61,551 nt of DNA from Minisyncoccota bacterium (GTDB lineage Bacteria; Patescibacteriota; Minisyncoccia; Phycocordibacterales; UBA5272): assembly GCA_043781255.1 (NCBI GenBank), contig JAYWBQ010000043.1, positions 1 to 61,551 on the forward strand, in the 5' to 3' direction. Positions 29,507 to 38,693 of this stretch are shown piece after piece. The translations under genes and the position numbers were made by a program. Each line of letters opens with the position of its first letter. Position 1 is the stretch's first letter. Under the pieces are notes generated by a model. That model saw nothing but the letters and a program-made list of their open reading frames with translations. It had not been told where the DNA came from and did no database searches.

Positions 29507-30814
29507 TTATGATTTTATAATCGCGAAGCATTCCCTTCTTGTTTGTTTGAAAAATAGAATAGAGCAGGGAATAAGGAAATATGAGACAAGCGTGGCATAT
29601 GCCGCACCCTTTATTCCATACTGTGGAATCCATAATAAGTTAAGAAGAACATTAGTTATCATCGGCATGAGAGATGAAAAGAAAAGTATTTTCCTATAGT
29701 TTTCTGCAATAAGATAGTTAAGGACAAGGGCACCTAAAAATACTGAAACGGTTGCCCATACGTATATCTGAAGGACTATCACGCCACCCATAAACGCACT
29801 TCCATACAATGTTTTTATGATATAAGGTGCAAGTAATGTAATTGGCAGGGATATGAATGCAGCAAGCAAAATAAGGAATATTCCAAGCTTCTTTAATCTT
29901 GCATGATAGAGTTCAATTCCTGTCATCTTGGCGTTAATTATCGCCGGGAATAGTGCTGTAACTAATATACTTGGAATAATATACCAAACTTCGGCGATAC
30001 GTACTGCTGCATCATAGATTCCAACGGATGGAGTGTCGATCATGTGCTTAAGGAACACCTGATCAATACGTGAATAAATAAGTACAAAAGCTGTAGAGAA
30101 TAATAGTGGCCAAGAGTCCCTAAGTATCCGTAAGCTTATGTCTTTATCAAACCTCCAAGCAGTTATATGACCATGTAGTTTTGTTTTGTAGATGTAGATG
30201 TAGAATGCCATATACAATATCGGTTCAAGAAGAAGAATGAGCGCCAGGTAGATGACGCCTTGGTGCGACATGATAGTGAGTACTTTAAGAATGTTTAAAA
30301 TAATTATTACTATAAGAGTAATAATCGAAGGATATTTTGATTGGACTCTCGCCTGGAATTCATGATTGATAATTTGGAATGAGTTGAAAATAAACGTACC
30401 AGTTAAGATAAATATAAGTATCTTAGAAACATCGTTATCAACCAAGAAGATTGCCACAATGCTACATATTGCTGCAGCAAATGAACCTGCGGTAACTTTG
30501 ATAACAAACGCACTCCCTAAAAGTTTATTAGATTCACTTGGCCTCTTAATAAGGTCTCTATAGAGAATATTATCTATTCCAATTGTTGAAATGAAGGCAA
30601 ACAAACCAACAAAACTTAGCGCATAGCTTAATTGCCCATAATTGCCTGGACCAAGGTTTCTTGCAATAAATACTGTCGCAAAGAATGAGATGACCATTGA
30701 AAGAAAGCGAGAAACAAGCGACCAACTAGTGCTTTTGAAGTACTTCTGAAAACCACTATCTGACCACTTTTTTGTAATTTCTGTAAGTGAGAAGTACTTC
30801 ATTGATATACGCAT
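29507..30814 (-). CDS. Wzx-like oligosaccharide flippase (MOP/PST family)
   Basis: About 12 TM helices with polysaccharide-biosynthesis-protein topology. The true start may be ATG 30802 (MKYFSL). Confidence 0.75.
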   Translation of the reverse strand: MRISMKYFSLTEITKKWSDSGFQKYFKSTSWSLVSRFLSMVISFFATVFIARNLGPGNYGQLSYALSFVGLFAFISTIGIDNILYRDLIKRPSESNKLLGSAFVIKVTAGSFAAAICSIVAIFLVDNDVSKILIFILTGTFIFNSFQIINHEFQARVQSKYPSIITLIVIIILNILKVLTIMSHQGVIYLALILLLEPILYMAFYIYIYKTKLHGHITAWRFDKDISLRILRDSWPLLFSTAFVLIYSRIDQVFLKHMIDTPSVGIYDAAVRIAEVWYIIPSILVTALFPAIINAKMTGIELYHARLKKLGIFLILLAAFISLPITLLAPYIIKTLYGSAFMGGVIVLQIYVWATVSVFLGALVLNYLIAENYRKILFFSSLMPMITNVLLNLLWIPQYGIKGAAYATLVSYFLIPCSILFFKQTRRECFAIIKS

Positions 30815-30853
30815 TATAGCATTTTATTTATAATGAAGAGGGGTGTCCTCGTG

Positions 30854-31639
30854 TTATTTGCGAAACATCTTAAAAGGAATATGTAGCAATCGTAAAGCAA
30901 TATAAAGGACAAATGGAAATGAAAATAAAAGCTTTGAAGGTTTTCCTTCATAGAGTAACTTTGAAATTGTTACAATCTGTTCGCTCATGCTGCGTTTGCG
31001 AAAGTTAAGTCCTTGATCAATACTATACCCATCGCTAATTGTAGAATTATGATCATGATAAAACATTTTGGAATGAAGACCAATCTGGCAGAAGAAAAAC
31101 CACTCCTCTCCTTGCTTTACGTGTCTAGAAAAATGAGCATGGATATGGGTTATTAGTTTGGTTTCAATGCAATGCGTTGCGTCCCCCTTGCATCGTTTTA
31201 AAATAAGATACTGCCAGACATAGCTGTAGAGCATATCATCATGTGGGAATTTCGTTATTGATTCACCGCGTTTGTACGCTCTATTAGTCACAAACCATCT
31301 CTGATTACTGTGAAGCAAAATAAGCTCACGGAATGTCTTAAGCGCATCCGGCGCTAGGTAGTCATCATCATCCAAGAAGATAATCCATTTTGAATCGGCG
31401 GAAATCTTTTCAAGTCCGTAATTACGGGAGAAGTTCACTCCTCTGTTGATTGGGTTAACATGATAGTGGATGCGCGCATCGTTTATCGAGGAAGAAAATT
31501 CCTTGTAGGTTTCATCATGTGGTGAATCATTAATGATAATCATTTCCCAATCCGTATATGTTTGGGTAAGAAGTGAAGTGACAGCACGAATGAGCTTATC
31601 TTTTCGTTTGTGGGTTGGGGTGATGATGCTAAATTTCAT
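30854..31639 (-). CDS. Family 2 glycosyltransferase
   Basis: FSIITPTHKRKDKL, IIINDSP and FLDDDD. Internal ATG at 31639 avoids overlap with the upstream gene. Confidence 0.8.
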   Translation of the reverse strand: MKFSIITPTHKRKDKLIRAVTSLLTQTYTDWEMIIINDSPHDETYKEFSSSINDARIHYHVNPINRGVNFSRNYGLEKISADSKWIIFLDDDDYLAPDALKTFRELILLHSNQRWFVTNRAYKRGESITKFPHDDMLYSYVWQYLILKRCKGDATHCIETKLITHIHAHFSRHVKQGEEWFFFCQIGLHSKMFYHDHNSTISDGYSIDQGLNFRKRSMSEQIVTISKLLYEGKPSKLLFSFPFVLYIALRLLHIPFKMFRK

Positions 31640-31653
31640 GACTTTTATCTTGT

Positions 31654-32553
31654 CTAGTTTGCAATACAAAGTAAATTGGTCTGCCTCTTTTTATTCTTAA
31701 AGTGTGAGACAAAAAGTTCCAAGTCAGTAACTTCTTTCATGTCATCCTCTATGTCATAGAGAGCGTACCCGGCTTTTTCAAGCAATGAAACGATCTTTTG
31801 GCCATGGCCCTTTCCTTGCTTCTCATAAAATTCGCCAGAAAACTCAACCAAGATAATTGGATGATGTTTATATAATGATTCTTGTATTCCTAAGAGCACC
31901 TCATATTCATATCCCTCAACATCAATCTTTATCATATCTATGGTAGATAGATGGGAGAGCTGGTTATCACCATTTTTAATTGATACTGTTATCTCCTCTT
32001 TTCCACTTTCTTCATTAACAAGCGAAGAGCCTCCAATATTTTCTTTAGAAATATAGAGCGTTTCGCTAGCTTCTCTTGCTCCAAGAGCGAAATTCTCTGC
32101 ATGAATAATTGATTGGAAATGATTAGCATGGCTGCTATCTTGTAACTGCTCATATACATGTGGGATGGGCTCAAATGAGTATACCGATCCGTTCTTGCCT
32201 ACAATTGATGCGGCATACATGCTATGTTGACCAATATTTGCCCCGATATCAATAAAGGTCATCCCTGGTTGTAAATACTTGGAGATTATATCAAGAATAA
32301 AAGGTTCGTATACTCCATAAAGATAAATATGCTTGTCTATGAATCCATTAACAGGGGAGATGTAGAGCTTGAAGTTTTCGGTAGCGTGGCTCAAGGATAC
32401 TAATTGCTTGGTTTTGAATGTGATGAGCCGTATGAGATCAAGAGCATCAACAATATGCAGTAATAATTTTTGCCAGATAAAGAGTACCACTTTGAAAAGC
32501 GAAGTTGGTAAGATTTTTTTTAAAGAGTATTTAAGCGAGCTTCTATTAATCAT
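31654..32553 (-). CDS. FkbM-family methyltransferase (second copy)
   Basis: FIDIGANIGQHS and IKIDVEGYEYEVLLG. Confidence 0.85.
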   Translation of the reverse strand: MINRSSLKYSLKKILPTSLFKVVLFIWQKLLLHIVDALDLIRLITFKTKQLVSLSHATENFKLYISPVNGFIDKHIYLYGVYEPFILDIISKYLQPGMTFIDIGANIGQHSMYAASIVGKNGSVYSFEPIPHVYEQLQDSSHANHFQSIIHAENFALGAREASETLYISKENIGGSSLVNEESGKEEITVSIKNGDNQLSHLSTIDMIKIDVEGYEYEVLLGIQESLYKHHPIILVEFSGEFYEKQGKGHGQKIVSLLEKAGYALYDIEDDMKEVTDLELFVSHFKNKKRQTNLLCIAN

Positions 32554-32565
32554 ATCTGTTTAGTC

Positions 32566-33258
32566 TTAGGTGAATCGCAGGATTCTTTTGAGTATTTTCT
32601 TGACACCGAGTGCCTCGATAATTTTTTTACCTGTACTGTATATCCCTATTCTCTTAAAGAATTTGTTTAGTGGTGAACCCCAGGAATAGTTCCATAAATG
32701 GACACCATAGACTTGGGTACCCAGATCTTCCCCGTGCCAATCCTTAATATGCTCCGCATCAAACGGATAAAAAGCTTTTGGGGGCATAACTGTTGTATCA
32801 TTCGGATGCAGTATGTTATAAAGTTCAGTCATGATAACTGGGTTTGGCTTCAGTTCTGTAATCGTATCGTATTTTCTCCGCATCTCCTCTATGAAAGGAT
32901 TATTCGGTGTAGCGCCGATCATACCGCAGCTGATGAATTCCGGAGATTCTCTTCCTAGAAGGAGCGAGGTATCTAAAAGCGAATCAAGTGGTTGGACCAA
33001 AAGCATATCAGTATCCAGATATATCCCGCCATCTCGAAGAAGCGCAATGAGGCGTACATAATCTGCAACAAAAGCGAACTTTCGCTCCTTGTACATACGT
33101 GCGGTAAATGGATGACTTTCCAGATCAAAACTGGCTTCATTCCACCTTATTATTGTATAGTCAGGGCAATATCTTTTCCAGCTTTCTATACAACGCTCTA
33201 TGAGTTCACCTTGTGGGGTGTTGCCGAACCAGCAGTAATGGATAATTTTAGGAATCAT
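32566..33258 (-). CDS. GT32-type glycosyltransferase (DXD sugar-binding region, OCH1-like)
   Basis: IPKIIHYCWFG, ADYVRLIALLRDGGIYLDTDM. Confidence 0.8.
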   Translation of the reverse strand: MIPKIIHYCWFGNTPQGELIERCIESWKRYCPDYTIIRWNEASFDLESHPFTARMYKERKFAFVADYVRLIALLRDGGIYLDTDMLLVQPLDSLLDTSLLLGRESPEFISCGMIGATPNNPFIEEMRRKYDTITELKPNPVIMTELYNILHPNDTTVMPPKAFYPFDAEHIKDWHGEDLGTQVYGVHLWNYSWGSPLNKFFKRIGIYSTGKKIIEALGVKKILKRILRFT

Positions 33259-33418
33259 GAAGGTTAAACAGTACTCATTTACTAATGAAGTATATCACTT
33301 TCCCGGTACTATTTATACTCTTTTGTTAATGGTCTGAATTTGTCTAGGATTCCATTACCTTTGTGATACACTTCAATAATTATTCCGTAATAACAAAAGT
33401 TTTTAAGTATTATTTCGT

Positions 33419-35635
33419 ATGCAAAATATTATAAAGAAAGTGGTGTGGGTGTGTCTTGCGATTATTCCTTTCATTGTGCTCCATGTGGCAGATGGAAGTA
33501 AGCTTGATGTTATCAGTTGGTTTTCAGGAAGTGGGATGTTTTTCCCATTTATTTCTGGAAAGAATATTATTTTTAGAATCCTCGTAGAAGTTGCACTTGC
33601 TGGATGGGCAGTGCTCGCACTCTCGGATTCTTCGTACAGAATCAATATCAAGAAGTCTCCAATAATGATAGCGTACGGGCTTTTCATTATCGTGCTACTC
33701 TTGGCAGACCTTTTTGGTGTTGACAGGGAAAAGAGTATGTGGAGTAACTTTGAACGAATGGAAGGATTTGTTGGGCATATTCACTTCTTTGCGTACTTCT
33801 TCGTGCTTACAGTGATGGTACGAACACTCACTGAATGGCAGAAGATGTGGAAATTTTTTATCGCTGCGAACGTACTCGTTCTTATGTATGCATTTGGTCA
33901 ACTGCTCGGAGCAAAAGGTCTTTTCTTTGCCAACTATTTCCCTCAAGCTGCGACTTGGTTTTCATCACGTTTCCAGATTCACATGAGTGAGAACCGTCTC
34001 GACGCAACCATTGGTAACTCAGCATATTTTGGTATTTATTGTTTGATGCACTTCTTTATCTTAGGAATGTTGTGGTCACAATCAAAGGAACCAAAGAGGC
34101 AATGGCTTTATCCAGTCCTTATGTTCATAAACTTTATTGGAGTTCTCTACTCCGGTACCCGTGGAACAATGATCGGGATTATGGTTGGTAGCTTTATAAC
34201 ACTTGGGATTATGGCATGGAAAGGGGACAGAAAACTCAAGAAGATTTTTGCTGCGTGTATTCTCGTTCTTCTGGTACTGATATCTTCAATCTTTGTATTT
34301 AAGAATTCTTCATTTATTAAGTCATCTTCTGTTTTATCACGTATCTCCTCCATTTCTCCAAATGACATCACAGGAGCGAGTCGTCTCTCCATGTGGAAGA
34401 TTAGTTATGCTGCATGGAAGGAAAGACCAGTGCTCGGATACGGACAAGATAATTTTAGTTATATCTTTGCTCGTAAGTTTTTACCTGAAAGAATGTGTAA
34501 CCTAGAACCTTGGTATGACCGATCCCACAATGTATTCTTCGACTGGCTTGTGGCAGCGGGGACTCTCGGACTACTTGCCTATCTTTCACTGTACGGTGTA
34601 ACTCTATGGTTTATGTGGAAGCGTGATAATCATATGGCGCTTAATGAAAAGGCGATTATCACAGGAATGCTTGCGGGATACTTTATCCACAACTTCTTCG
34701 TATTTGATAACCTTACAAGTTACATCCTCTTCTTTGCATTGCTTGCGTACATTACTTCACGAACAAAAGCTGGAGGGGAACATCATGGGAAGGTAATGTT
34801 TGATAAAGATCAGATGACACTTCTTGTTGCACCGCTTATAGGAATCCTTCTTGTCGTGACGTTTTATTATCTTAACTATCGCCCATTGGTTGTTAATAAG
34901 CTTGTGATCGAAGCGATGAGCATTGTTCAAACAGATCAATCTAAGACATTTGCAGATAAGGTAAAAATTCAACAGGATAACTTTATGAATGCTATTGCGA
35001 TGAATACGCTTGGAAGTATTGAAGCTCGTGAACAATTCCTTCAGATGGCGGTACGTATGGGTCAGATCAAGATCCCGGAGACTCTCCCTGTAGGTGATAA
35101 ACAACTAGCAGTAGGAGCACTTAACGGTATTTTGACTGCAGCTACAAAAGATATTGAAGCTTCATATGAGGCAAATAAAACAGATGTTCGTATGCTTTCT
35201 ATTTATGGAATGTTCTTTAATGGTGTAGGCAACCCTGCTGCAGCTGAAAAAGTCCTTAAGGACGCGCGAACCCTTGCTCCAAATAAGCAGCTCATTTCTT
35301 TTGATCTCATTAGGTCATATCTTCTTCAGAAGAAGTTCGATGACGCGTATAAACTTGGTCGTTCTACATATGATCTTTCCATTACGTGTACGGATGCACT
35401 TAAGTGGATGATGATCAGTGCAGCGTATAGTGGGAAGTACAAAGAGGCGAACGCTTATGCTGGTTCAAAGGGGCAGGAATTTGGCTTTGACCCAGATGTT
35501 CTAGGAGGCCTCGTATCTTCAGGGCAATCTGGAGTAGCAATTGAAGTATTAAATGCTGCCAAGAAAAAGAATCCTGAGTTATCTTCACAGATTGATGAAT
35601 ACATTAAACAGCTCCTTGCTCTCCCACGGAAATAA
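33419..35635 (+). CDS. O-antigen ligase/polymerase-like (Wzy_C) membrane protein with C-terminal TPR-like domain
   Basis: About 12 TM helices, YSGTRGTMIGI loop motif, soluble helical-repeat C-terminal ~250 aa. Confidence 0.6.
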   Translation: MQNIIKKVVWVCLAIIPFIVLHVADGSKLDVISWFSGSGMFFPFISGKNIIFRILVEVALAGWAVLALSDSSYRINIKKSPIMIAYGLFIIVLLLADLFGVDREKSMWSNFERMEGFVGHIHFFAYFFVLTVMVRTLTEWQKMWKFFIAANVLVLMYAFGQLLGAKGLFFANYFPQAATWFSSRFQIHMSENRLDATIGNSAYFGIYCLMHFFILGMLWSQSKEPKRQWLYPVLMFINFIGVLYSGTRGTMIGIMVGSFITLGIMAWKGDRKLKKIFAACILVLLVLISSIFVFKNSSFIKSSSVLSRISSISPNDITGASRLSMWKISYAAWKERPVLGYGQDNFSYIFARKFLPERMCNLEPWYDRSHNVFFDWLVAAGTLGLLAYLSLYGVTLWFMWKRDNHMALNEKAIITGMLAGYFIHNFFVFDNLTSYILFFALLAYITSRTKAGGEHHGKVMFDKDQMTLLVAPLIGILLVVTFYYLNYRPLVVNKLVIEAMSIVQTDQSKTFADKVKIQQDNFMNAIAMNTLGSIEAREQFLQMAVRMGQIKIPETLPVGDKQLAVGALNGILTAATKDIEASYEANKTDVRMLSIYGMFFNGVGNPAAAEKVLKDARTLAPNKQLISFDLIRSYLLQKKFDDAYKLGRSTYDLSITCTDALKWMMISAAYSGKYKEANAYAGSKGQEFGFDPDVLGGLVSSGQSGVAIEVLNAAKKKNPELSSQIDEYIKQLLALPRK

Positions 35636-35692
35636 GTTATACTAATCAGGTGAGTGCACAAAGGTGTGCCCTACAAGATAAATAAATGCCTG

Positions 35693-35728
35693 CATAATAC
35701 CACTCTTACGAGTGGTATTATGTTTTTT
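35693..35728 (+). terminator. Intrinsic terminator
   Basis: cataataccactc-ttac-gagtggtattatg followed by tttttt. Confidence 0.8.
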
Positions 35729-35851
35729 ATGCCAAAAAGTACTTCATCTGCTTTGTTGCGACAGATTTTTGCTCCCGCACTGTACTACTCGTACACCTTG
35801 GTCGCAAAAATCTGTCGCGCCTCGCATCTAAAGCATTTTTTTGGCATAAAA
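35725..35851. repeat. Long imperfect inverted repeat (two nested stems)
   Basis: Outer arms ttttatgccaaaaa / tttttggcataaaa. Inner arms ttgcgacagatttttgc (35755-35771) / gcaaaaatctgtcgc (35804-35818). Confidence 0.7.
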
Positions 35852-35888
35852 ACTATATATGGCAATATTGAAATGATATACTGCAATT

Positions 35889-36500
35889 ATGAGATTATTT
35901 TTAGTGCGACATGGAGAGACAGACGCAAATCGTGTTTTAGGGCATGGTGTTACAGGTCCGATACATGACGAACTAGTCACCTTTAAGTCAGGGGATGATA
36001 CAAATGTTCCACTTAATATATATGGACGTGGACATGCAGAATATGCGGGTGGGGAGCTTCCAGATAATATTGATGAGCTCTATGCATCTCCATTGCTTCG
36101 AGTAAAAGAAACTGCAGAAATTATTGCAGCAATAAAAAGGACAGATCCTAAAAACATTCAATTTCGTAGTGAGCTAATTGAATATCATCAGGGGTCTCTT
36201 GAGGGTTTAACAACAGAGGAAAAAAGAGAACGTATAGCTGGACAATCTTGGGGTTCTGGGCTTCTTTGTAGTTACGATTATACTCCTTGGGGTGGGGACA
36301 GCTGGGAAACTATATATGCTCGATTAAGTTCTTTTTTTGAAGAACTTAAAAAACACGGAAATGATAAAACTATTGTCTGTGTTACAAGTGGAGGTGTAAT
36401 TCGTATGGCGTATAAGATTTTCTTTTGGGATAAGTCTCCAGGAATTACAAAACATATTGTAGTTAAAAATGGATCAGTGCATGAGTTTGTTATTGATTAA
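35889..36500 (+). CDS. Histidine phosphatase family protein (phosphoglycerate-mutase-like)
   Basis: MRLFLVRHGETDANR (RHG motif) and a later SGGVIR region. Confidence 0.85.
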   Translation: MRLFLVRHGETDANRVLGHGVTGPIHDELVTFKSGDDTNVPLNIYGRGHAEYAGGELPDNIDELYASPLLRVKETAEIIAAIKRTDPKNIQFRSELIEYHQGSLEGLTTEEKRERIAGQSWGSGLLCSYDYTPWGGDSWETIYARLSSFFEELKKHGNDKTIVCVTSGGVIRMAYKIFFWDKSPGITKHIVVKNGSVHEFVID

Positions 36501-36515
36501 ATTACCTTTATCCCT

Positions 36516-36544
36516 TTGAACTATTTTTAATATACGGGTATACT
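36516..36544 (+). promoter_or_regulatory. Candidate sigma70-type promoter of an orphan small transcript
   Basis: TTGAAC (36516-36521), 17-nt spacer, TATACT (36539-36544). No CDS downstream. Confidence 0.5.
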
Positions 36545-36550
36545 AGATAG

Positions 36551-36650
36551 CGTGGTTACCCACTTCGCAAGTAATTGCGGTGGGCGACTGCGCTCACATA
36601 AGGCATTTATCTTTGGAGCATGCCACGCTCACCACAATTGAGTGCGAGGC
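36551..36650 (+). ncRNA. Candidate small structured RNA, class unknown
   Basis: Locally GC-rich region between convergent genes. Long-range pairing agcgtgg (36549-36555) / ccacgct (36623-36629). Hairpin cccac-tt-cgcaa-GUAA-ttgcg-gtggg (36559-36584). Promoter upstream, terminator downstream. Confidence 0.4.
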
Positions 36651-36688
36651 AAAAGAAAAGCGATATCAATGATGTCGCTTTTCTTTTG
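36651..36688. terminator. Bidirectional intrinsic terminator
   Basis: aaaagaaaagcga-tatcaatgat-gtcgcttttctttt. Serves the candidate sRNA (+) and tsaD (-). Confidence 0.7.
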
Positions 36689-36734
36689 CAGTTTCTTTTA
36701 CTCGACAAGCATGTTCTCAGTCAGACTGCTTACG

Positions 36735-37916
36735 TTAACAGTCTTCCACCGACCAGCTTCCATTCGCCAGAATCTTCACTTTAGGTGTCTCATCTTCTGC
36801 GATGTGAAGTAGTCCAGTAGAAGCAATCATGAGGCCGTTGTCAGTTGATAGATTTCTATTTGGAATGAAAAGAGTAAAACCTTCAGATTCTGCAAGTCGC
36901 TTAAGCGCTGATCTGATGTGCATGTTGGCACTTACTCCACCTCCTACGATGAGCGTGCTTGCACGTGTTTCATAGAGAGCTTGTTTTACTTTGGAAACTA
37001 AGACATCAGTCACAGCATTTTCAAACTCAAGCGCAATCATCATTTTTGTCCTATCATCTAAACTCCCTCGTTTTTTCACTCTCGTCAAAACGGCAGTTTT
37101 TAATCCACTAAAAGAAAAATTAAGATCTCCACTATGAATCATCGGACGAGGTAACCGCAAGTCTTCATCAACAATAATTCCCTCCTTGCGTGCATGTTCT
37201 GCAAGGCGAGATATCTCAGGTCCGCCAGGATACGGAAGTCCGAGCATGCGAGCAGCTTTGTCAAAAGCTTCTCCAACTGCGTCATCACGAGTTTTCCCTA
37301 TAACTTTGTAGCTTCGTAATTTTGGTACATGTACAAGCTCTGTATGACCACCAGAAATAAGGAGCGCAACTGCAGGGAGATCAAAATTAGATATTTCATA
37401 CACATCTTCGGTAAGAGAGATAAGTCCCGCTACGATATGTCCTTCCATGTGGTTAATCGGATACACAGGAATATCCCAAAGAAGTCGAAGAGCAAGTGCA
37501 GCGTTGATGCCTACCCACAGAGCTGGCTCTAGTCCTGGTCCTTGTGTGACCGCTATCGCATCAATTGCTGGCTTTTGTATTCCCTCAAAGAGTACTTTGA
37601 GTGCAGCGAGCATTTCTGGTTCACGTTCAAGAAGAATGTCTAATTTTTTACGTTCTGCGTTCGGGATGTGGTAGGTATTTGTTCTTTCCACAAGAAGGCC
37701 TGCTTCTTCAAGAGCTTCTGCAATGAGTTGAGTAATTGCTTTTGTATGCTCACGCTTAGCAAGGGCAGGGAACACTCCACCATATTGTCTATGGAGGTCA
37801 ATTTGAGAAAGCACTTTGTGAGAAAGTGATTCAAAACGTACCTGCTTGCCACGCACACGTTTAACAAGCGAAATAGCTGTTTCGTCACAGCTGGTTTCTA
37901 TGGCAAGTAAAATCAT
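36735..37916 (-). CDS. tsaD: tRNA N6-adenosine threonylcarbamoyltransferase
   Basis: ILLAIETSCDETA, HMEGHI, SGGHTELV, DDAVGEAFDKAARMLGLPYPGGP, FSFSGLKTAV, GGGVSAN. Confidence 0.92.
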   Translation of the reverse strand: MILLAIETSCDETAISLVKRVRGKQVRFESLSHKVLSQIDLHRQYGGVFPALAKREHTKAITQLIAEALEEAGLLVERTNTYHIPNAERKKLDILLEREPEMLAALKVLFEGIQKPAIDAIAVTQGPGLEPALWVGINAALALRLLWDIPVYPINHMEGHIVAGLISLTEDVYEISNFDLPAVALLISGGHTELVHVPKLRSYKVIGKTRDDAVGEAFDKAARMLGLPYPGGPEISRLAEHARKEGIIVDEDLRLPRPMIHSGDLNFSFSGLKTAVLTRVKKRGSLDDRTKMMIALEFENAVTDVLVSKVKQALYETRASTLIVGGGVSANMHIRSALKRLAESEGFTLFIPNRNLSTDNGLMIASTGLLHIAEDETPKVKILANGSWSVEDC

Positions 37917-38069
37917 AGGTATAGTAGATTAGTTACTAGTGACTAGTAGTTAGTGAATACAAGTATACTACAGGCCTATAGTCTTTAGCTATAAAGGGCT
38001 TTTAAAAAATTTTAAACAAAATGCGAAAAGTATCTTGCATAAAGTGGAGGTGTGTCGTAGAGTAGAGGC

Positions 38070-38528
38070 ATGAAATTAGTAATTCTCAGTGTTGGAAAAG
38101 AAAATGAAGAAATAAGTAAAGATCTTATAAAACATTTTGAACTTCGAATCTTACGCTACTGCCATCTTGAATGGATTTTTATTTCACATGATAGTACTCA
38201 AGAAAAAGAAGGGGAGAAAATTCTCGCACATCTTAAAAAAGAAGACTACGTAGTGCTGCTTGATGAAAAGGGAAGAGATATGAAAAGCGAAGCGCTCGCT
38301 CAACTTGTGGAAAATAGAATGGTGGATTCTGTAAGGAGGATGGTATTTATTATTGGAGGCGCCTACGGCGCCTCTAGCTCCGTCGAAGAACGTGCAAACT
38401 ATACCTGGAAATTATCTTCTCTTGTGTTCCCTCACATGCTTGTACGGGTGATACTAGTTGAGCAGCTCTATCGAGCCCTCACAATAATCAAAGGGGAGAA
38501 GTATCATCATGCCGATGAGCGGGGATGA
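38070..38528 (+). CDS. rlmH: 23S rRNA (pseudouridine1915-N3)-methyltransferase
   Basis: SPOUT RlmH pattern: LDEKGRDMKSE, FIIGGAYG, LSSLVFPHMLVRVILVEQLYRA, GEKYH. Confidence 0.88.
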   Translation: MKLVILSVGKENEEISKDLIKHFELRILRYCHLEWIFISHDSTQEKEGEKILAHLKKEDYVVLLDEKGRDMKSEALAQLVENRMVDSVRRMVFIIGGAYGASSSVEERANYTWKLSSLVFPHMLVRVILVEQLYRALTIIKGEKYHHADERG

Positions 38529-38693
38529 ATTAGCAAATTCGCTTCTAACCTGGCAGGATTCGGAGTATATTGTTGGGTTTAGTCAGTGATTGAAAAAGGA
38601 AAATATAAAGAGGAAATAGAATTAACCTATTCTTCATGTTATTAACCTTTTGCATTATTGAGTTATATCAGAAAACATAAAATTTAGATAAGA

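Noticed and set aside
35654-35968. 104-aa ORF
   Set aside because: It spans a terminator and the nested inverted repeat and overlaps the start of the histidine-phosphatase gene. The composition is not protein-like.
38526-38545. Third copy of the hairpin gaattagcaaattcg at the rlmH stop codon (15-nt identity with 3976-3990)
   Set aside because: A single 15-mer match is within chance expectation for a 61-kb AT-rich window. The flanking sequence is not homologous to the tRNA-upstream element.
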